From the NCBI RefSeq assembly GCF_004010195.1, contig NC_057749.1, positions 16,308,524 to 16,372,523 of the forward strand: 64,000 bases of DNA. Reading direction: 5' to 3'. The stretch's first letter is position 1; every line of letters starts with the position of its first letter. The notes beneath the pieces were generated by a model. That model was not told the origin of the DNA, made no database searches, and was given only the letters and a program-made list of their open reading frames with translations. The stretch comes from Chiloscyllium plagiosum. Lineage: Eukaryota. The translations under genes and the position numbers were made by a program. This document shows positions 1-15,000 of the stretch, piece after piece.

Positions 1-290
1 ACACACTTCCTGTAGACATAATAGTCAGTAACATGGAAACTCTGCCTAATCTCCCACATCTGCCTGGAAGAGCACACCACTCTATTAAAGGCCATCATTG
101 CACTTTAACAATCTACAGACCCAGAAAACAGCAGTCTTACTGCTCCAAAAAAGACACTGCTCCAGGCTAAATAAATACCTATATTTCATATTTTTAAAAT
201 TTAATCAAGAGACAGAGCTTAATAAAACATAATAAAAAAAACCCCACTCTACTCACTATTGTTGATTTACAGAAAAAAGTAAGCCCACAA
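1..290 (-). mobile_element. CR1 LINE 5' end / ORF1 N-terminus (runs off window)
   Basis: Minus-strand MAFNRVVCSSRQMWEIRQSFHVTDYYVYRKC from ATG near 95 resembles the Cys-rich start of CR1 ORF1, degenerate. Confidence 0.6.
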
Positions 291-1067
291 GTGACTAAAA
301 TAAAAAAATTGCATTTGGGAACTTACGCAGAGATTAACTTGAGATCAATTACTGTTGTTTATAGAAGATGCTTCAGATTGGTATATCTTTGGCCTAACAT
401 CTTAGAGGAATCAAGTTATTTCCAGACGAGCGAGACCAGCCGGAAAGATTTAGTGTTTTTATTCAATCTTTTTACCTCTAAAACCAGTGTTTAGTTGTAC
501 TTTATTGATATCTTTCATATGTCTTCTGCAATATGACAGATGCATCATGAACATTTTGATTTTTTGTAAAGAACTGATGCTATTTGTAGCTCTGAGTGAT
601 TTAAGGATCATGGTGGTTGAATAGCCTACCAATAGCAATGGTTATGACCAATATTTGAAGACTAAGGCCTTTCTTGAGGGCGAAGGAGGGCAGCCAGCAT
701 CCATAGAAATGTACATGAGTTGTAGTCTGGACAGACAACATCTAAGCTCCATCAGCTCAGTGCTGACATTTCTGCCTCAGAGTCAGATGGTTCAAAGTTT
801 CACTCTTGAAAGCTAAGCACAGAAACCAGGCTTCACATCATACTGAGCAAATCCTACATGTCTCCAATATATGGTCCTTTGGATGGGTCATTAAGCCATG
901 ACACCTACTAGGCAGAGGGTAAAATCAGACATAAGGTGCACAGCAATCAAACAGCCTGTTTCCACTCCATGGCTTTGGAGCAGACAAAAAAAAAGCTTGA
1001 AGACATTAAAAAAACCTGAATTTCAGATGTTAAATCACAACTGCACAAGTGCACTTTTAAAAATAAA

Positions 1068-1104
1068 TTTATTATACATTATGTACACAAACACATTATG
1101 TACA
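1068..1104 (-). terminator. Candidate VPS33B distal poly(A) signal with two upstream UGUACAUA motifs
   Basis: Minus-strand AATAAA at 1068-1073 preceded by TGTACATA at 1080-1087 and 1097-1104; other AATAAA candidates near 2080 and 2120. Confidence 0.5.
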
Positions 1105-2934
1105 GTGCACATCTTCACAGTACAGGTGAAATTTCACATCCTCAATAACCAAAACTTTCAAATATTACTAGTAATAAATGTTACATACTTGAAGATTTTG
1201 CCAGGAACTGCAACAGTCCAACTCAAAAAGGCTTTCAGACATTAGTTACTAAAGTACCTACAATTATACCACATTAAAGTAAATTACACAGAACTTGTAA
1301 ACAGAGGAATGTAAAAATATATACTGTACAAGGGGCAGGAAAATTAAATTAAAAGGGAAGTGCTTCAGTTGAAGAGTACCAGTGAAATGGAACAAACAAC
1401 CTCTCCCTTTGTGGTTTTCTGTAACACAATCAGCCAGTTTTCATGTTCAAACTGCCCTGAGTAACCTGGTCAAAGTCAGGACATTATCTGAGGAGATTCC
1501 CATTGATGTCAAACACCCTAGGACACAGGAAAGGAAAAAAGTCAGGCTGTCTGCTACTATGTCTCACCAATCCTATGTAAAATGAGTGCAGACAGGTGTT
1601 TATCAGGCTTTGCTAAATTCTTTTCACTTACACCCCTCAAATTATCATACTTGATGTTTGCCATTAACAGGCCCCCATATCAACTTATCGAGGAACCAGA
1701 GGTCAAAATCCAGGAATTAGTGCTTTTGAGACAGTAGAGGATAAAGTTCAAGATCTAAAATATACTTTAGTTGAACATTTTAAACTTTAGAGTCTTTGAA
1801 TTAAATGCGTTCCTTCAAACACAAATCACAGGTATTTACAGAGGTTCCATGTGTTTTCAGGGCAGAATAGTTCCAGCCCGACAGATCATGCATTTTTGGC
1901 ATATCATAAAAATGAATTAAAATTAACTCTCCACAATTCACAGAACCATAGTTTTGCTCTTGTGCAGAAACATTTCCTCACAATAAAGAAGTTTCAAATC
2001 TCATATCCAATTTCAAAAGAAAATGCTGAATGTTCCATTTCCAATCCTTTGTCAGACACCCAATGCAAAACATGAATTTTTATTTGTTCTTCAGATGCAG
2101 CTGCTGGACATTGCTACTTTTATTAATACAGCTTCTGTTTCTGTCAAGACTCTCAATTTTAATATTTAACAATTCCTTAAGAAATCTAATTCTGGTTTTC
2201 CAAATATATTTCACTCAAACTGGTTGGGTCTGAATGGGAGACTAACGAACAAGGTTTACGTTCTTGGCTGTCTGAGGGCTAGTCATGGGGAGAAGTGAAT
2301 CTAATGCAGAATTCCCAATACCAGGTCAGATTATTTTGGTATGATCTTGTTGCTGTTTGTGGGAGCTTACTACACAAACTAACTGCCATATCCTCTCAGC
2401 AGCAAGTAATTAGACTTTGAAAGTAGGTGATTAGCTGTAAAAATAAAAGCTTCAGGTACATGAAAGGCGTTGCATAAAACCAAGTTCTTCCCCTCTAATC
2501 TCCAAACTCAAAACTGATGCAATGCAACGTGAATTCAACTCTTGCCCAGGCAAATGTGTTAAACATTCTTTACTTCTTCCTCTTAAGCTAGAACCCATTC
2601 TGACCTTCCCCAAATCAAAGTTATCCCCACAGTCAAGTTCCTTTGCCCGAGCAATCATGAGATTGATTTCGACAGACCCAGTTCACAAATCATATTTTGT
2701 GTATAGCCATTTTATAGGCTAAGTACCTCAAAAAACTTTGAGCACAGGAAAAGGTTTAAATCTCAGAATGTGGCCATGGTTTTGTTCGATGTTGATGATT
2801 CCTGTGTTTCACCATTAGACTTCAGTCAGTTAATTTACAGTGAGATTAATGCAAATTCCTCTCTTGGGTCTACTGTTAGGTTTAATTTTGTTTCATCGCT
2901 CTGTAGTTCTAATATTGACGACACTGCTCCATTT

Positions 2935-3008
2935 TTATGATTCTAACAGAGATTCCAGCATCCGAAAACTGTTTGTGATTGCTGTGGTAACAAAAACAAA
3001 CTTGAATC
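2935..3008 (-). CDS. VPS33B: VPS33B exon 23 (last)
   Basis: [24 protein letters not shown] ; cag acceptor, TAA 2935-2937. Confidence 0.93.
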
Positions 3009-6000
3009 CTGTGGGGAAAAGAAAGAGAGAAAGAATAGGTTTGGCTGGAGTCAAATATTATCTACCCCTTGACAAGTGACTGAGCAAAATGCAATTTTGC
3101 TCTCCAGCTCCTCTTCTGAAGCCTCGATTCAGGTCTGATCGAAGCCTAAACTTTAAAAATGCCAACTGGCTGTAGCAGTCTGAAATGTGTTACATGAGTG
3201 TGAGCATTAACAGGCTATCTGCTGTGACATCAAGGGAAATAAGAGGTAAGATGGCCCTTCCCTCACACACCTCTCTCATGCATGAAGACATAGCACTCAC
3301 CCACACCCAATATGCACAGCACATCTTCCAGTGGGAGATGCTGAACATCACCTCAGGAGTTGGAGCATGGCATACTTTATTTCAGTTCCAGGAACAGTGA
3401 TCATTTGGTACACTGTGTCTGTTCTAGATCTTTTGTAGTGCTACCCATTAATCCCACTTTTTCCCCAAATTCCTGCATCTTTTCTTTCCATCAATTTTCT
3501 TATTGATATATAACATTTTGGAGTTTGCACATTCTCCCCGTGTCTGCGTGGGTTTCCTCTGGGTGCCCTGGTTTCCTCCCACAGTCCAAAGATGTGCAGG
3601 TTAGGTGAATTGGCCATGCTAAATTGCCCATAGTGTTAGGTGGATCAGTCAGGGGTAAACGTAGGGGAATGGGTCTGGGTGGGTTGCTCTTCGGAGGGTC
3701 GGTGTGGACTTGTTGGGCCGAAGAGCCTGTTTCCACACTGTAGGGAATCTAATCTAATCTAATTATCTTATTCACTTTTCAGTCTTACTGAATCTGCTTT
3801 AACCCTACAGAACTCAACATGTAAATAAAACTTCCTCATGCTGTCTGTAGCTCTTTTGGCAATTATCTATAATCTGTGCCCTGCTGGTAACCAAGCCTCT
3901 GCCACTGGAAATGGCCAATTACATCCCTCTTCATGCTGAAATGAATTCATTCTGTGCAGCCTAGAGACTGAATCCAGAGGTTTCTGGCTCTTATCGTGCA
4001 ATGAACCAACAGGAGAGGTCAGTTCTTGGTCTTGCTGACAATCCTGGCACTAAGTATATTCCCTTTGGATTGACAAGGCTGTCATTTCTCCATTACAGAA
4101 GTTCAATATTTCAAATACATTTTTAAAATAAAAGCAAAAAATATTGGAAATAATGAGCTCGTGATGCAGCATGTTTCTATTAGTGATGCTTCATCAGAAT
4201 TCTGCTCCTTTCTATATTACCAGCATTTTGTTTTTTTTAATCTGAGCTTCAGAGCCTGCAGCATTTTGCTTTTGTATTAAAATTTAAAATGCAGCTTCAT
4301 GAGAACAATCATACAATAATGTCACTGGAAGAAGTGCAGGAATAATTCATGATATCAGATAATTAGTGTTACCTTTCTCTTTACCCAGGAACCTTAGCGC
4401 TGCAATTTCTGAAAAAGTGCAGCCTCCAAGAAACACCACAAGAATGACTCGTTGCGCATTGCAAGAATACCCTGCGTCCATGGATCTTTCTATTAAAAAA
4501 CCAAGAACAGCACTTTAAATACATTATCAATACTTGGGATTATATCACAACACTTCTTACAAAGTATATGTTGCCTCCAAATCCTTCCATCTCTCAATGT
4601 AAAAGATAAAGTTGCCATGTTCCCAGAGGAAAATAGAGCAGCCCTCTCATTAAAGAGGACTGTTTTTGTTTAACCTGAGGGTCAACAGATCTCAGATGAG
4701 GAGTAAGCTTGAGAAGGTGGAAGCTTCATGGTAATCTCAGCTGATTTGGAAACTGACGCTGCATCTGATGCCTTACAGTTCTATCAGTAATTTACACTAG
4801 GGGAGAAAACGGTGGTAATAAGGAATCGTTGATTAACCACACTTTCAGCCAGTGTACTCCAGACACTAATCACTCACTGCATGATAAAAGCTTTTTCTAA
4901 AACTGATTTTGCTTCTTTTGCAACTTATTTAAAATCGCTGCCCTCTCATTCTTGATCCGTTTGCATGTGGGAAGTTTCTCCCTAACTATATTGTCCTGTC
5001 CTGTGTTTGAATACTTCTATCAGACCTGATCTCAGTCTTTTCTGCTCCAATGAAAACAATCCTAACTTCTCCAATCTATCTTCACAATTGAAATTTCTAT
5101 GTTGCTAATAGTAAAGCTGAGAATACTATATATTTTATAACTGCCCTTTCCACCTGTCTGGCCACCTTTATTGGCATGTACACCCACACCCCCATTAGAG
5201 TAGTACCCTTTATGTTATCTACTCATGTTCCCCTGACTAAAATGAATCACCTCCCATTTCTTTGCATTGAATTTCATCTGCCAGCTGTCTGCCCATTCCA
5301 CTGTCAATGGACTAATGATAGAGGCCTGCGTTAATGGTCTGGCAACATGGCTTTAATTCCCACCACAGCAGCTGGTGGAACTTAACTTCAATTAATTTTT
5401 AAAAATCTTGAATATAAAACTAATCTCAGTAGGGATGACCAAATCAACTATCTTAATTGTTGTAAAAATCCATCCACTTAACTAACTTCCTTTTGGGGAA
5501 GGAAATCTGTCATCTTTTCCCTCTAAGTGGCTCTAGACCCAAAACAAGTTGATTTACTCCTGGAAAGCCACTCAGTTCAATGGCAATTAGCAGTGGGAAA
5601 CAGACACCAACATCCTATGAAAGAACAAAAAGATGATGACTAATTATTTATGTACAAGCCTCGATTGGGAAATCATCACAGGTTACTCTCCTGTTGAGGA
5701 AATGCAAGTCTATACTCAGATATCCGGTCCCCGTGGTATCCCCATACACAAAGCTTCAGCAAGCTGTTACAAGGCTGTCAATGTCCATAAGACACCGACA
5801 CTTGCAAGTACCCCTTTAAGCCACACATCATCCTGACTTGGAAATCTATCTTTGCTCCTTCACTGTTACTGGATCAAAATTCTGGAACTTTCTCTGTTAA
5901 GGCACTGTGGGTCTTCCTACACAGAGTGCACCAGTTCGAGTGGGCAGCTTGTCACCAACCTCTCCAGGTCAGTTTGGGAAAGGTGATAAACGTTGATCCA

Positions 6001-9000
6001 ACCAGCAATGCCCACATCTCACAAATGGATAAAAAGAAAATAATCTGTCCAGCAACCCTCAGCATCTTCAGAAGAGGGCTGAGACCACAAGGTGGAGGAA
6101 CAAAAGACAATGCAATTGCTAATGGAACTTTGGAGAGAGCACAGCATGCCATCAAATCTGAACCATTCATAGTCTTACCTATAGTGATAAATTCATTGTT
6201 GTTTAGTAATCGTGACACCTCCTCCATTCCTGCCCAGCTGTCACGCTCTAGCACCTGATGCAATATAAAGAGCTGTCATACACAACATGGGGCAGAGAGA
6301 AAAACAGCATGACATGCATTTATATAGCACCTGCATCACAGCAAAATACTCCAAGGATCAGCATAAAATAGAAACAACATGTTGGTCAGAAGTAAAGGAA
6401 GTGACTAGACATCAGAGGAAAAGATGGGAGAGATAAAGCATGTTGAAGGGTATGCTGGTTGAAGGCAATGCCTCTGACAGTGTGCACCAACACACAAGTT
6501 GAAAGCACTTGATTCTGAAGCTGAGGATGATATTGCAACAATGTATTACAAAGTAATTTAGCAATAGGATGGTCATAGACACATACAAAAAGTACACTCA
6601 CGACTAAGTTCTTTATTTACAACTTGTGCTTGCTGTTATAATCAATGTTCAGAAAATATATTTACACCCCACTAAATCAACTTATTTAACAACAATCAAA
6701 TAAATTGCTTAAATACCCAGCTTCATTTAAATTTAGTTAAATAGATTATTTTTCATTGTAGTCTCACTCAAGTACAAGACAAGTGAGTTTATTCTCTCTC
6801 CTGTGTAGTTGTTAACATTTCTGTGTCATGTATTAGAGTGCACATAACTCACCTGTTCTATAATCTTGCAGCTCAATGGAATGTATGCACCACTGAATAC
6901 ATAGGCCATATCCCGTGGAACCTTCAAATCATACTCTTCTTCAGTGCGGGGTATCTGGAAAGGGACAGAAAATGCTGAATTCAACAGCATGAGAACACGA
7001 GGAAAAAGTGAAGCAGGTCTCAGTAGACTGCACATTTCTATCATGGTCTGTTAGTTTAATATTATCACAATTATTCAGCTCTTCTTTGAAACCTTTCCCT
7101 GCCTGAGTATATTCTCTGTAACTACAAAGTCGAAGAAAGAAGTTTTTTTTGTAAGCCTACATTTCACTGAGGAGACTTCATTCAATTTTACATCCAACAA
7201 CTTGCTTTGAAACTCTGCTCACATTTTGACAGCTGTGAAAATATCCTCCACAGCAGCTGAGAAACCCATAACATTCCAAACTAATCAACAGGATTTAAAT
7301 TAAATAACTAAATTTTCTAAAAGGAAAAAGTCAATTCCCCCTAATTTTCAACTTTAATGGATCCTTTAAAAATCCCCAGATCCTAGGTGCTTGCCTTCAG
7401 AAAAGCTAACGAGTTCTTTGTGAGCCACACCTTGTCTGTATACCAAGTTTCATTAAACATATCCACGTTTGAGTCTTGGAGATCTGTTATTTATAATTAG
7501 AGTAACAGGGCTAAACCATTACTTCTTCCACTGGAAGTCAGTTGAAATGATCAGAATAGTGAAAGAGGCCTTTAACCAGCTCATTCTATGCCATGTTTGC
7601 TCTAGATTGTGACATATTAGTAAAATCACTGGACTAGTAATCCACAGTCCCTGACTAATGCTGGTGGAATTTTGAATTAAAATTAATAAATCTAGAATAT
7701 AAAGATAGTCTCAATAGCAATGATCATGACAACTATCATTGATCATCATTTTAAAAAAAAACAGTTCACTGTCCTTTAGGGAACTTTCTCAGCCTCCAGA
7801 TCCACACACTCAACTGTCCTTTGCAATGTCTCACTAATGTCATTTTAAGGGTAATCAGGGATGGGCCATTGCCAGCAACATTCATATCCCATGAAAAAAT
7901 AAAGAAACAAAAGTCAATAAAGAGGAGTACAGTGAATTTCCCATAATGTGGAAGCACAGACAAATTTAATGAAAATAAAACAAGTAAACAGAAATACAAT
8001 AACTGCTATACTCCTCAGTCAGAAGTAGATTTAAAATATCAAATTGAAAAAAGTCATTGTACTCATTAAATACACTCCCTGCAATACAACCATCATCAAA
8101 TCTGTTCAATCCATTTAATGAGTTAAAGGAGTAAGAAATCACACTGAATTTTGTCAGGCTGTTTCACCATGGGGAACATCACAACTAAGCTGAACCCTAT
8201 CCTCATGTATATAATCCAATTGTTGAACAGTGATCAGTGACCTTCCCAGCTTAATAGCATAAAGTATCACCCAACTCAGCTCAAACCAAACCAAACGTAA
8301 TCCCGCTGAGGGAATTGGTCAGTTCTCAAGTGAAAACAAATGCAAGACTTGTATTTATTTAGCATTTTCCACAACCAGTGAACATCTCACGCTCCCTATT
8401 ACCAATTGCATATTTTCAAAGTGTGGTCACCATTGCAATTTAGGAAACTTGACAACCAATTTGTAGACAGGAAGCTCACAAATCAACTATGTAATGATGG
8501 CCAGCTATTTTTGCGATATTAATTGATGGATAAATATTGATCAAGAAAGCAGGGAAACACCCCCCTCCCCAGCTTCTAGTGCTTACCAGATTCAGTCGTT
8601 TGCTCAAAGCTCTGAAATGACTTTTCCTGGCCAGAGATGAAAAGGCATCAGTCAATTTCCCTGAAAATAAATTATTCTATTTAATTTCCAGTCATTATGT
8701 AAAATTACCACAGAAACAAACCTGCAAATACGTGCAATAGAAATGGGACCCAGAGGAACATAGTGTTGGAATTACAATGTATGGTGACACAAATGGGACA
8801 GTGGATTAGAATAGTTAGGTAGTTGTTTCTGTCCGACACAGATCTGATGGGATAAAGGGCCTTTTTTTTGTATTGTACACTTCTGTGATGTAATGATTAT
8901 AGCTGCCTTGAGCTTGTACTATTCACAGCTTTGTAGCCATTGGCAAGATTGAATTTTGCAACCAAACAGACAGACAGCTATGGAATACATTTAGCATGCG

Positions 9001-12000
9001 AGATGGTGGGTTGTTTCATCATGAGAGTCACCACAAGCCCAATCCTAACTTCACCCAATGGCCATACAGGTAAAAATAAGTAAATCGTTTCACTGTTTGG
9101 TTTCAGGAGATTACAAGACATTTCACAGTCACTGAAACATGTTTGCAATTCAGTCGCTGTTGTAATGAAGAACATTAAATTGCATGTAATAAAACGACTT
9201 AGTCTTTTAGAGTTTAGAATATCATTAAATAATCCTGTTATGATCTCCCAATGTCTGGTATATCACCATCTTATGTTTCCAGTGTCCCCTTACCGACTGC
9301 TTTGTCCGTCACAAGCTTTCCCATGGTGCTCTCCACTGCAGTCAATGTCTCTCCAGGCTGTTGTTCTGTTAACAGTCCAATTTGTTTCAGGTTGGCGAAC
9401 GTAAGGATGTGATCATAACCATAACTCTGAACAGAAATAAATGCGAACAGAGTTACAGATCAGGCGAGTAAAGTGCCAAAGGGAAGCGGTCTGTTAATTG
9501 TGGTTGGATATACTGTACACAACTATAATAAAATGTACAGTCAGGGTACAAATCCCACAAAAGCTTTAATTAGAAATTGTCCCTTGTACAATCAGATACC
9601 ACTCAGTCTGGTTTCAGAGATCACTGCATTACACCAGAAGTCAAATTTCCCACAATCATGAAGATCTTGATGAATTTGTGTTATTAACAGACCATGTCCC
9701 AGTTCAAAAAATCAGGAATTGTAAAACCCATTTCTTTATAGTCAATGAAGACAAGATAGTTTGAGCTGACATATATTTACACCATATCAAGGTGATCAAT
9801 AATGGATGGTGACGGAGGTCGGCTGTGGAGTAAATATCACTGCTTGCTTCAATCACATTAAGCCTGGGTTGGGTGTCAGAACACATTGTCAATGTCATAG
9901 TTGGATATATAATGCATCAATCAATCAAAGACTCTAGGTGTGGATATCACGTTCACCCTTGGTTTAATATATCAGTTCGCCATGAATAAATGAACTGGCA
10001 ACCCTGCAAAGTGAGGAGTCCACTTTGGGACTGATAGAATACAGCAGTTCTACATAATGTACTCTAGACAATTGTGATTTAACTACTATGTCAACATGAT
10101 CCATTGAAGCAGATCCTATTGCAATACTGATGCCTCCAGAACTTTAAAGGAATATATCCTCCATTATTGCTACTGCAGGACAAATGTAGAGGTAGAGACC
10201 ACTGTCTTTTTGGATATGACTGTATGGTCAGGTTGAGCAACATTTCTTCCTGATCTCTTCCACTCCTTTCGTCATCACTTCATACCTTCTAGCTGTCAAC
10301 CTGTGACCTCTCCATCTTTAGCTTTCCTCCAATCCCCTAATCCATAGGTATTTCTCTTATGCTTGTGAAAATTCCTTCCTAATCTTCAAGAAAGGACAGT
10401 TGACAAAAGATAAAGTTATGATTTTTAGCCTCTAAGCAGCATAATAGAAAATATTTTTCCCTCAGTCCATAGCATCAAAATTAGCTCAGTGGGAAGCACT
10501 CACAGTAGTGGATCAAAAGGTTGACAATTCAAATTCCAGGAGTGGAACTTGAACAAATAATCCAGACTGATGCTCAAGTGGAGGACAACAGGATGAAGGC
10601 CCACCATCATTGTCTCAATATTGCCCACAGCCCAAGGACAAAACATAATCCAAATAGCTCACATTCATGATCACTGCTGTATCAGTGATATCTTTCTTTG
10701 CCTACCTGCAAATACTGAGTTTTCAATGACCGATAATCCTTAGAAATCAATCCTGAGGGGAAATAACACAAACACACAAAATCATCAGAAGAAAAATAGC
10801 AAACGCAAAGTCTGAATGAATCCACAAACAATTAAGGTATTTTTCAATATATAATTTCAGTTACATCACACCGTAAATTTTTGCTATAAATTCTGTGTCT
10901 TACAACTGTGTCCTCGATAACCACGTGATGAAGGAGCAGTGCTCCGAAAGCTAGTGTGCTTCCAATTAAACTTATTGGACTATAACCTGGTGTTGTGTGA
11001 TTTTCAACAAAGTCTGAAGTGAAGACAGAAAATGTGACATGGCCAAGACAGCCTGTCAGCATCTCGAATGAGAATGGATAGAGGAATGTTTCAGGAAAGG
11101 ATCCTTCATTAGAGAAAAGATCCAGATATATAAAGCAGGGAAACTTAAACGGCCAATTAAAAAGAAATGTCCAAAATAATTTGCTTGTGCTCTAACTCGT
11201 CTTTAAGATTTGGACGGACATGGGTGCTCATTTAGGCTTCAAACTTACCATTTTCTGTCTGTGAAAGGAGACACATCAGTCGAAGACTCTCAAGTGGCGA
11301 AATCTGAAAGATCAAAATGATTCAGGCATAAACAGGATGTGGGTGGTAACAGTTGCCTGTAAAGTTTGGAGACATAAAACACCAGGCTCAGAAGTTTGTT
11401 ATTCTTCTGCAAATCACTTTTTTTGCCTCCCAACCAACCATACATCAACTAAATTGCCTTCCAGTAGTTCGTTCACGTGTGTACGTCTTAACCGCAAGTG
11501 GTGGTTGGGTATTGAGCTAATTATGGGGCAAAACACAGCCAGGTTCACATCTCTCCAATGGCACTGCAACTTTCACCACCTGTCTCAGCAACTCACAATG
11601 GAATGGGAATTAAACTTGGGACCTTGTTGGTCTGTTTAGTTACTTAAACAGTGCTTTCACTAACATATCGTTACTGAAGTTTTGGTCTTATGCAAAAGAT
11701 TGTTAGCACACTTTTAGTACACTTTCCAAGTGTACACTCTATGGAAATACCAATTACAGGCAATCCACAAAATACAGTATCATAGCTATTTTACTGTGAG
11801 GAATGACCATTTCTGAAATATGTTTCTCAGAGCCTCTGCAAATGAAGTGACCTGCCCAGTACTGGTATATTATCCAATAATTACTCACAATTAATAATAC
11901 CCATTCCAATTGTTACAATACACTTTTACACACACATAATTTCTTGTATATTCTGAACACGACTACCTCAATCTCAATAGCTGCACTTCAGGGTGAATGA

Positions 12001-15000
12001 GTGACTGAAAACCTTGTATACTAATGTACCTGCCGGTTAATGTGCTCCTCAACACAGTTGGTGCTCTCTCGGATCTCAAATCCCTCTAATAGCGCTGTAG
12101 AGGAAAAGTCAGTCCATGAACAAAACACCAACGAAAAGCACATGAAAGAATTTCAGAAAACTAGGAAACGAACGAAAGGCAAGTTAAACCTGGATACACT
12201 TTGACAAGAGAATGCTTGCAAAAGGCACAGACATACAACAAAACGTCTTCACTGTTATCTGTATAGCTTCCTGATGTTACCTCCTAAAATGAGACATTCC
12301 TGGTATCAGAAGTTGTCCCTCCCATGATACAATCGGCAATTTGCCATTGGAATTTTAAAAATCTATTAATTTCTGATATAAAGAAATTCCCAGAATTGTC
12401 CTAATATGTGAAATGCGGTTCCAAATAATAGTTTGCCCCTTTGTACTAACAATATCATCAATAATTTCAACACAATGATAAGTCTCTTAGATTCTCTGTG
12501 ATTTTATGCAGAAATTATGATTCGTCACACTGCAGCCTGACCCACAATCTTTGTCTGGAAACTCCAGACTGCGGAATTCTCTCTCATCTTTGATTTACAA
12601 TTTTAAATGCTTTATTAATCACTGCTCCCTCAATTGTTTTATTTCTTTTCTATTTTTTGGCCACCATCTTGATACTTTGCAGACCCCACCATTTGACTTT
12701 GAATCCTTAATTTACAACAAAGTAGCTGTCCTGTGGTAACTGAGTTGCTGCCCACTGGTTAGAATTCTCTGTGATCCACACCATGTTCAGACTTCAGCAG
12801 CTCCTGAAAGTCTTGTTTCGTTTTCTTCTTCATAATTGACTCACATGCTCCAATATCTAAAAGAAAAACAAACCAAAAAAGTATTAGTCGCTGACATAGA
12901 GTTTGTCCAGAACAGAAGAACAGCATACATGCTGCAAGAACAATACTTTAGCAAGCAGGTTGTTAATTCACAGAACTATCTCCCTAGGGGCATAGCATAA
13001 GGAATTTGTGTTGATTCATTCAAATTAGGTAAATTTCTTGCATGAAATGGCACAGAGATCCATTACATGAGCAACTCGAGTCATGATGTGTGGCAGGGCA
13101 ACAGGCTCAGGATGAACACATGACTTTGAATTTATTCTTGCCACATCTCTCTAGCATTTTCCTCATCTCTTGTCTGATGTAAACTCACTGACAGATACTG
13201 ATCACTGTGTTTGATCAATAACTCCCATTATCACTGTATCCTGTGATCATCAGGATGGTGGAAGGTAAACAAGTTGAATATTAGTTTTTTTTTGCCTAGC
13301 AATTTCTGTATTATAAAATATAAGAGGTTATTTCATCTGCTATTTCAGAGGTCCTATTGTTTAGGGGCAGAAAGAAAATCTGAACCTTAAAAACAATTCA
13401 AAAATGTAACGTCTAATTCATCTGACATAAATCATTATTTCCAGTGGCTTCCCACATGTATATCTTGCCTGCCCCAAGCTGTCCCAACTTGCTCTTTGCC
13501 TCTCCTAAAAACAATAAGACTGAAAACGAATATTCACCTCAGAAGCTCTGCTGGTTCAGCTCCCCTATGTAAATTCTCCAGCAGAGGTTCTTTCTCATTG
13601 ACCAGGAGGGTTGGCGGGAGGCGGGGGGAAGAAGGTGAGGAGAGCAGCAGGGAAGGTCTGGGCTAATCCTTTAATTACAGCCTCATTGAGACTAGGGATG
13701 ACCAGACCATGCTCCGGTCTCATTATCACTCAGTACCAAATCACGTATAATCAAACATAGAAGTGCCAAGAACAAAATAAAACTGCTGAGGCTCATCTAG
13801 TTAACCTCACACCTTCCTAGCTACAACAAAAACATAATTATTGACTGATCATAGCAATCAACCTCAACTGATTTGTCTACAACAGACCTCACAGTAGGTG
13901 AGGAAACATACACTTCTATCATGACTTAAAATAATAAAAACTCTTTTGACAGTTCTCGTTTTCGTAGCTGAAATCTTGACGGGAATCCAAGGAACTAATG
14001 GCACTAGGGGACATTACTATACCATGTGAATACTCACTGCTGGGAAAGGCCCTCAAAATGGATTCAACTAGTGGTTAAAGGAAAGATCTGTATTTCTAAT
14101 GAGCCAGATTTCCCCAGGTGTGGTAACCACAGTCAGGCTGCCACTCTACTAATTTTTCACATTAAGAGCAAGCTCCACATTTCTGAAAGGAGGTTCCAAC
14201 CTGGGCTTCTTCAGAATCATGAACTCTACTTTAAATCTAACAGGTCCCTCAGACAGCAAAATAGTCAGAGGAAGGGAAACCACAGCTCCTTTTTCACAGC
14301 AGTCCTCAATATATTCCATTATTTAAACAATCAGGATGTGACTGTGTAATGTTAAAAGATTAAATAGGAATATCTTTCTAGACATTAATGTAATATTAAA
14401 GAGTTAGACCACAAAACTGAACATTCTGGAGGTAGGTGGGTGTGACACTCTGTCTCACAAAAGCATGCAGAATGCAGGTGACTATACATTGTAATTTACA
14501 CTTCATTTAGACAGTCATTTGCTATTACTCGCCTGCTATTGTCAAGTTAAACTATCAATTCAATCTTTTCTATCCAGAAATGCTTTCTGGCCAAATGTAT
14601 GTCGCACCTGCACTGTCTTGGGGAAACAGAGTCAGGAAATCGTTTGCATAAGGCTTCCTCAGGATTAGCGTGTTAGCATTTGCATTATTTCAGAAGATGA
14701 CCTCATCCTGCCACTGTACCTGGGGTAACATGTGACTGTGAGTGACTGAGGGGTTGTCTTGAGTGGCATGAGACTATAAGGGAGTGGCTAAGCATCTGTA
14801 GCATTGCCAACTGACTTGTATAAAGGGGATGTATTTTCTTTGTTCAGGGCTTCACTTTGACCCAATTTTGCTTGCCTGCGAAGAGGGCCAAAGGGGGTCA
14901 CCCAGCTTGTACAAGCTTTATTAAACTTTAATAACTTTAAGTTTGCAGATGTTGATGTGTGCGATTTGCATCTCGTGTGCGAAACCTCAGGAAAAGAATC

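Noticed and set aside
323-726. Possible minus-strand exon (cag ... gtaagt), e.g. of PRC1
   Set aside because: Stops in all three frames and no PRC1-like peptide
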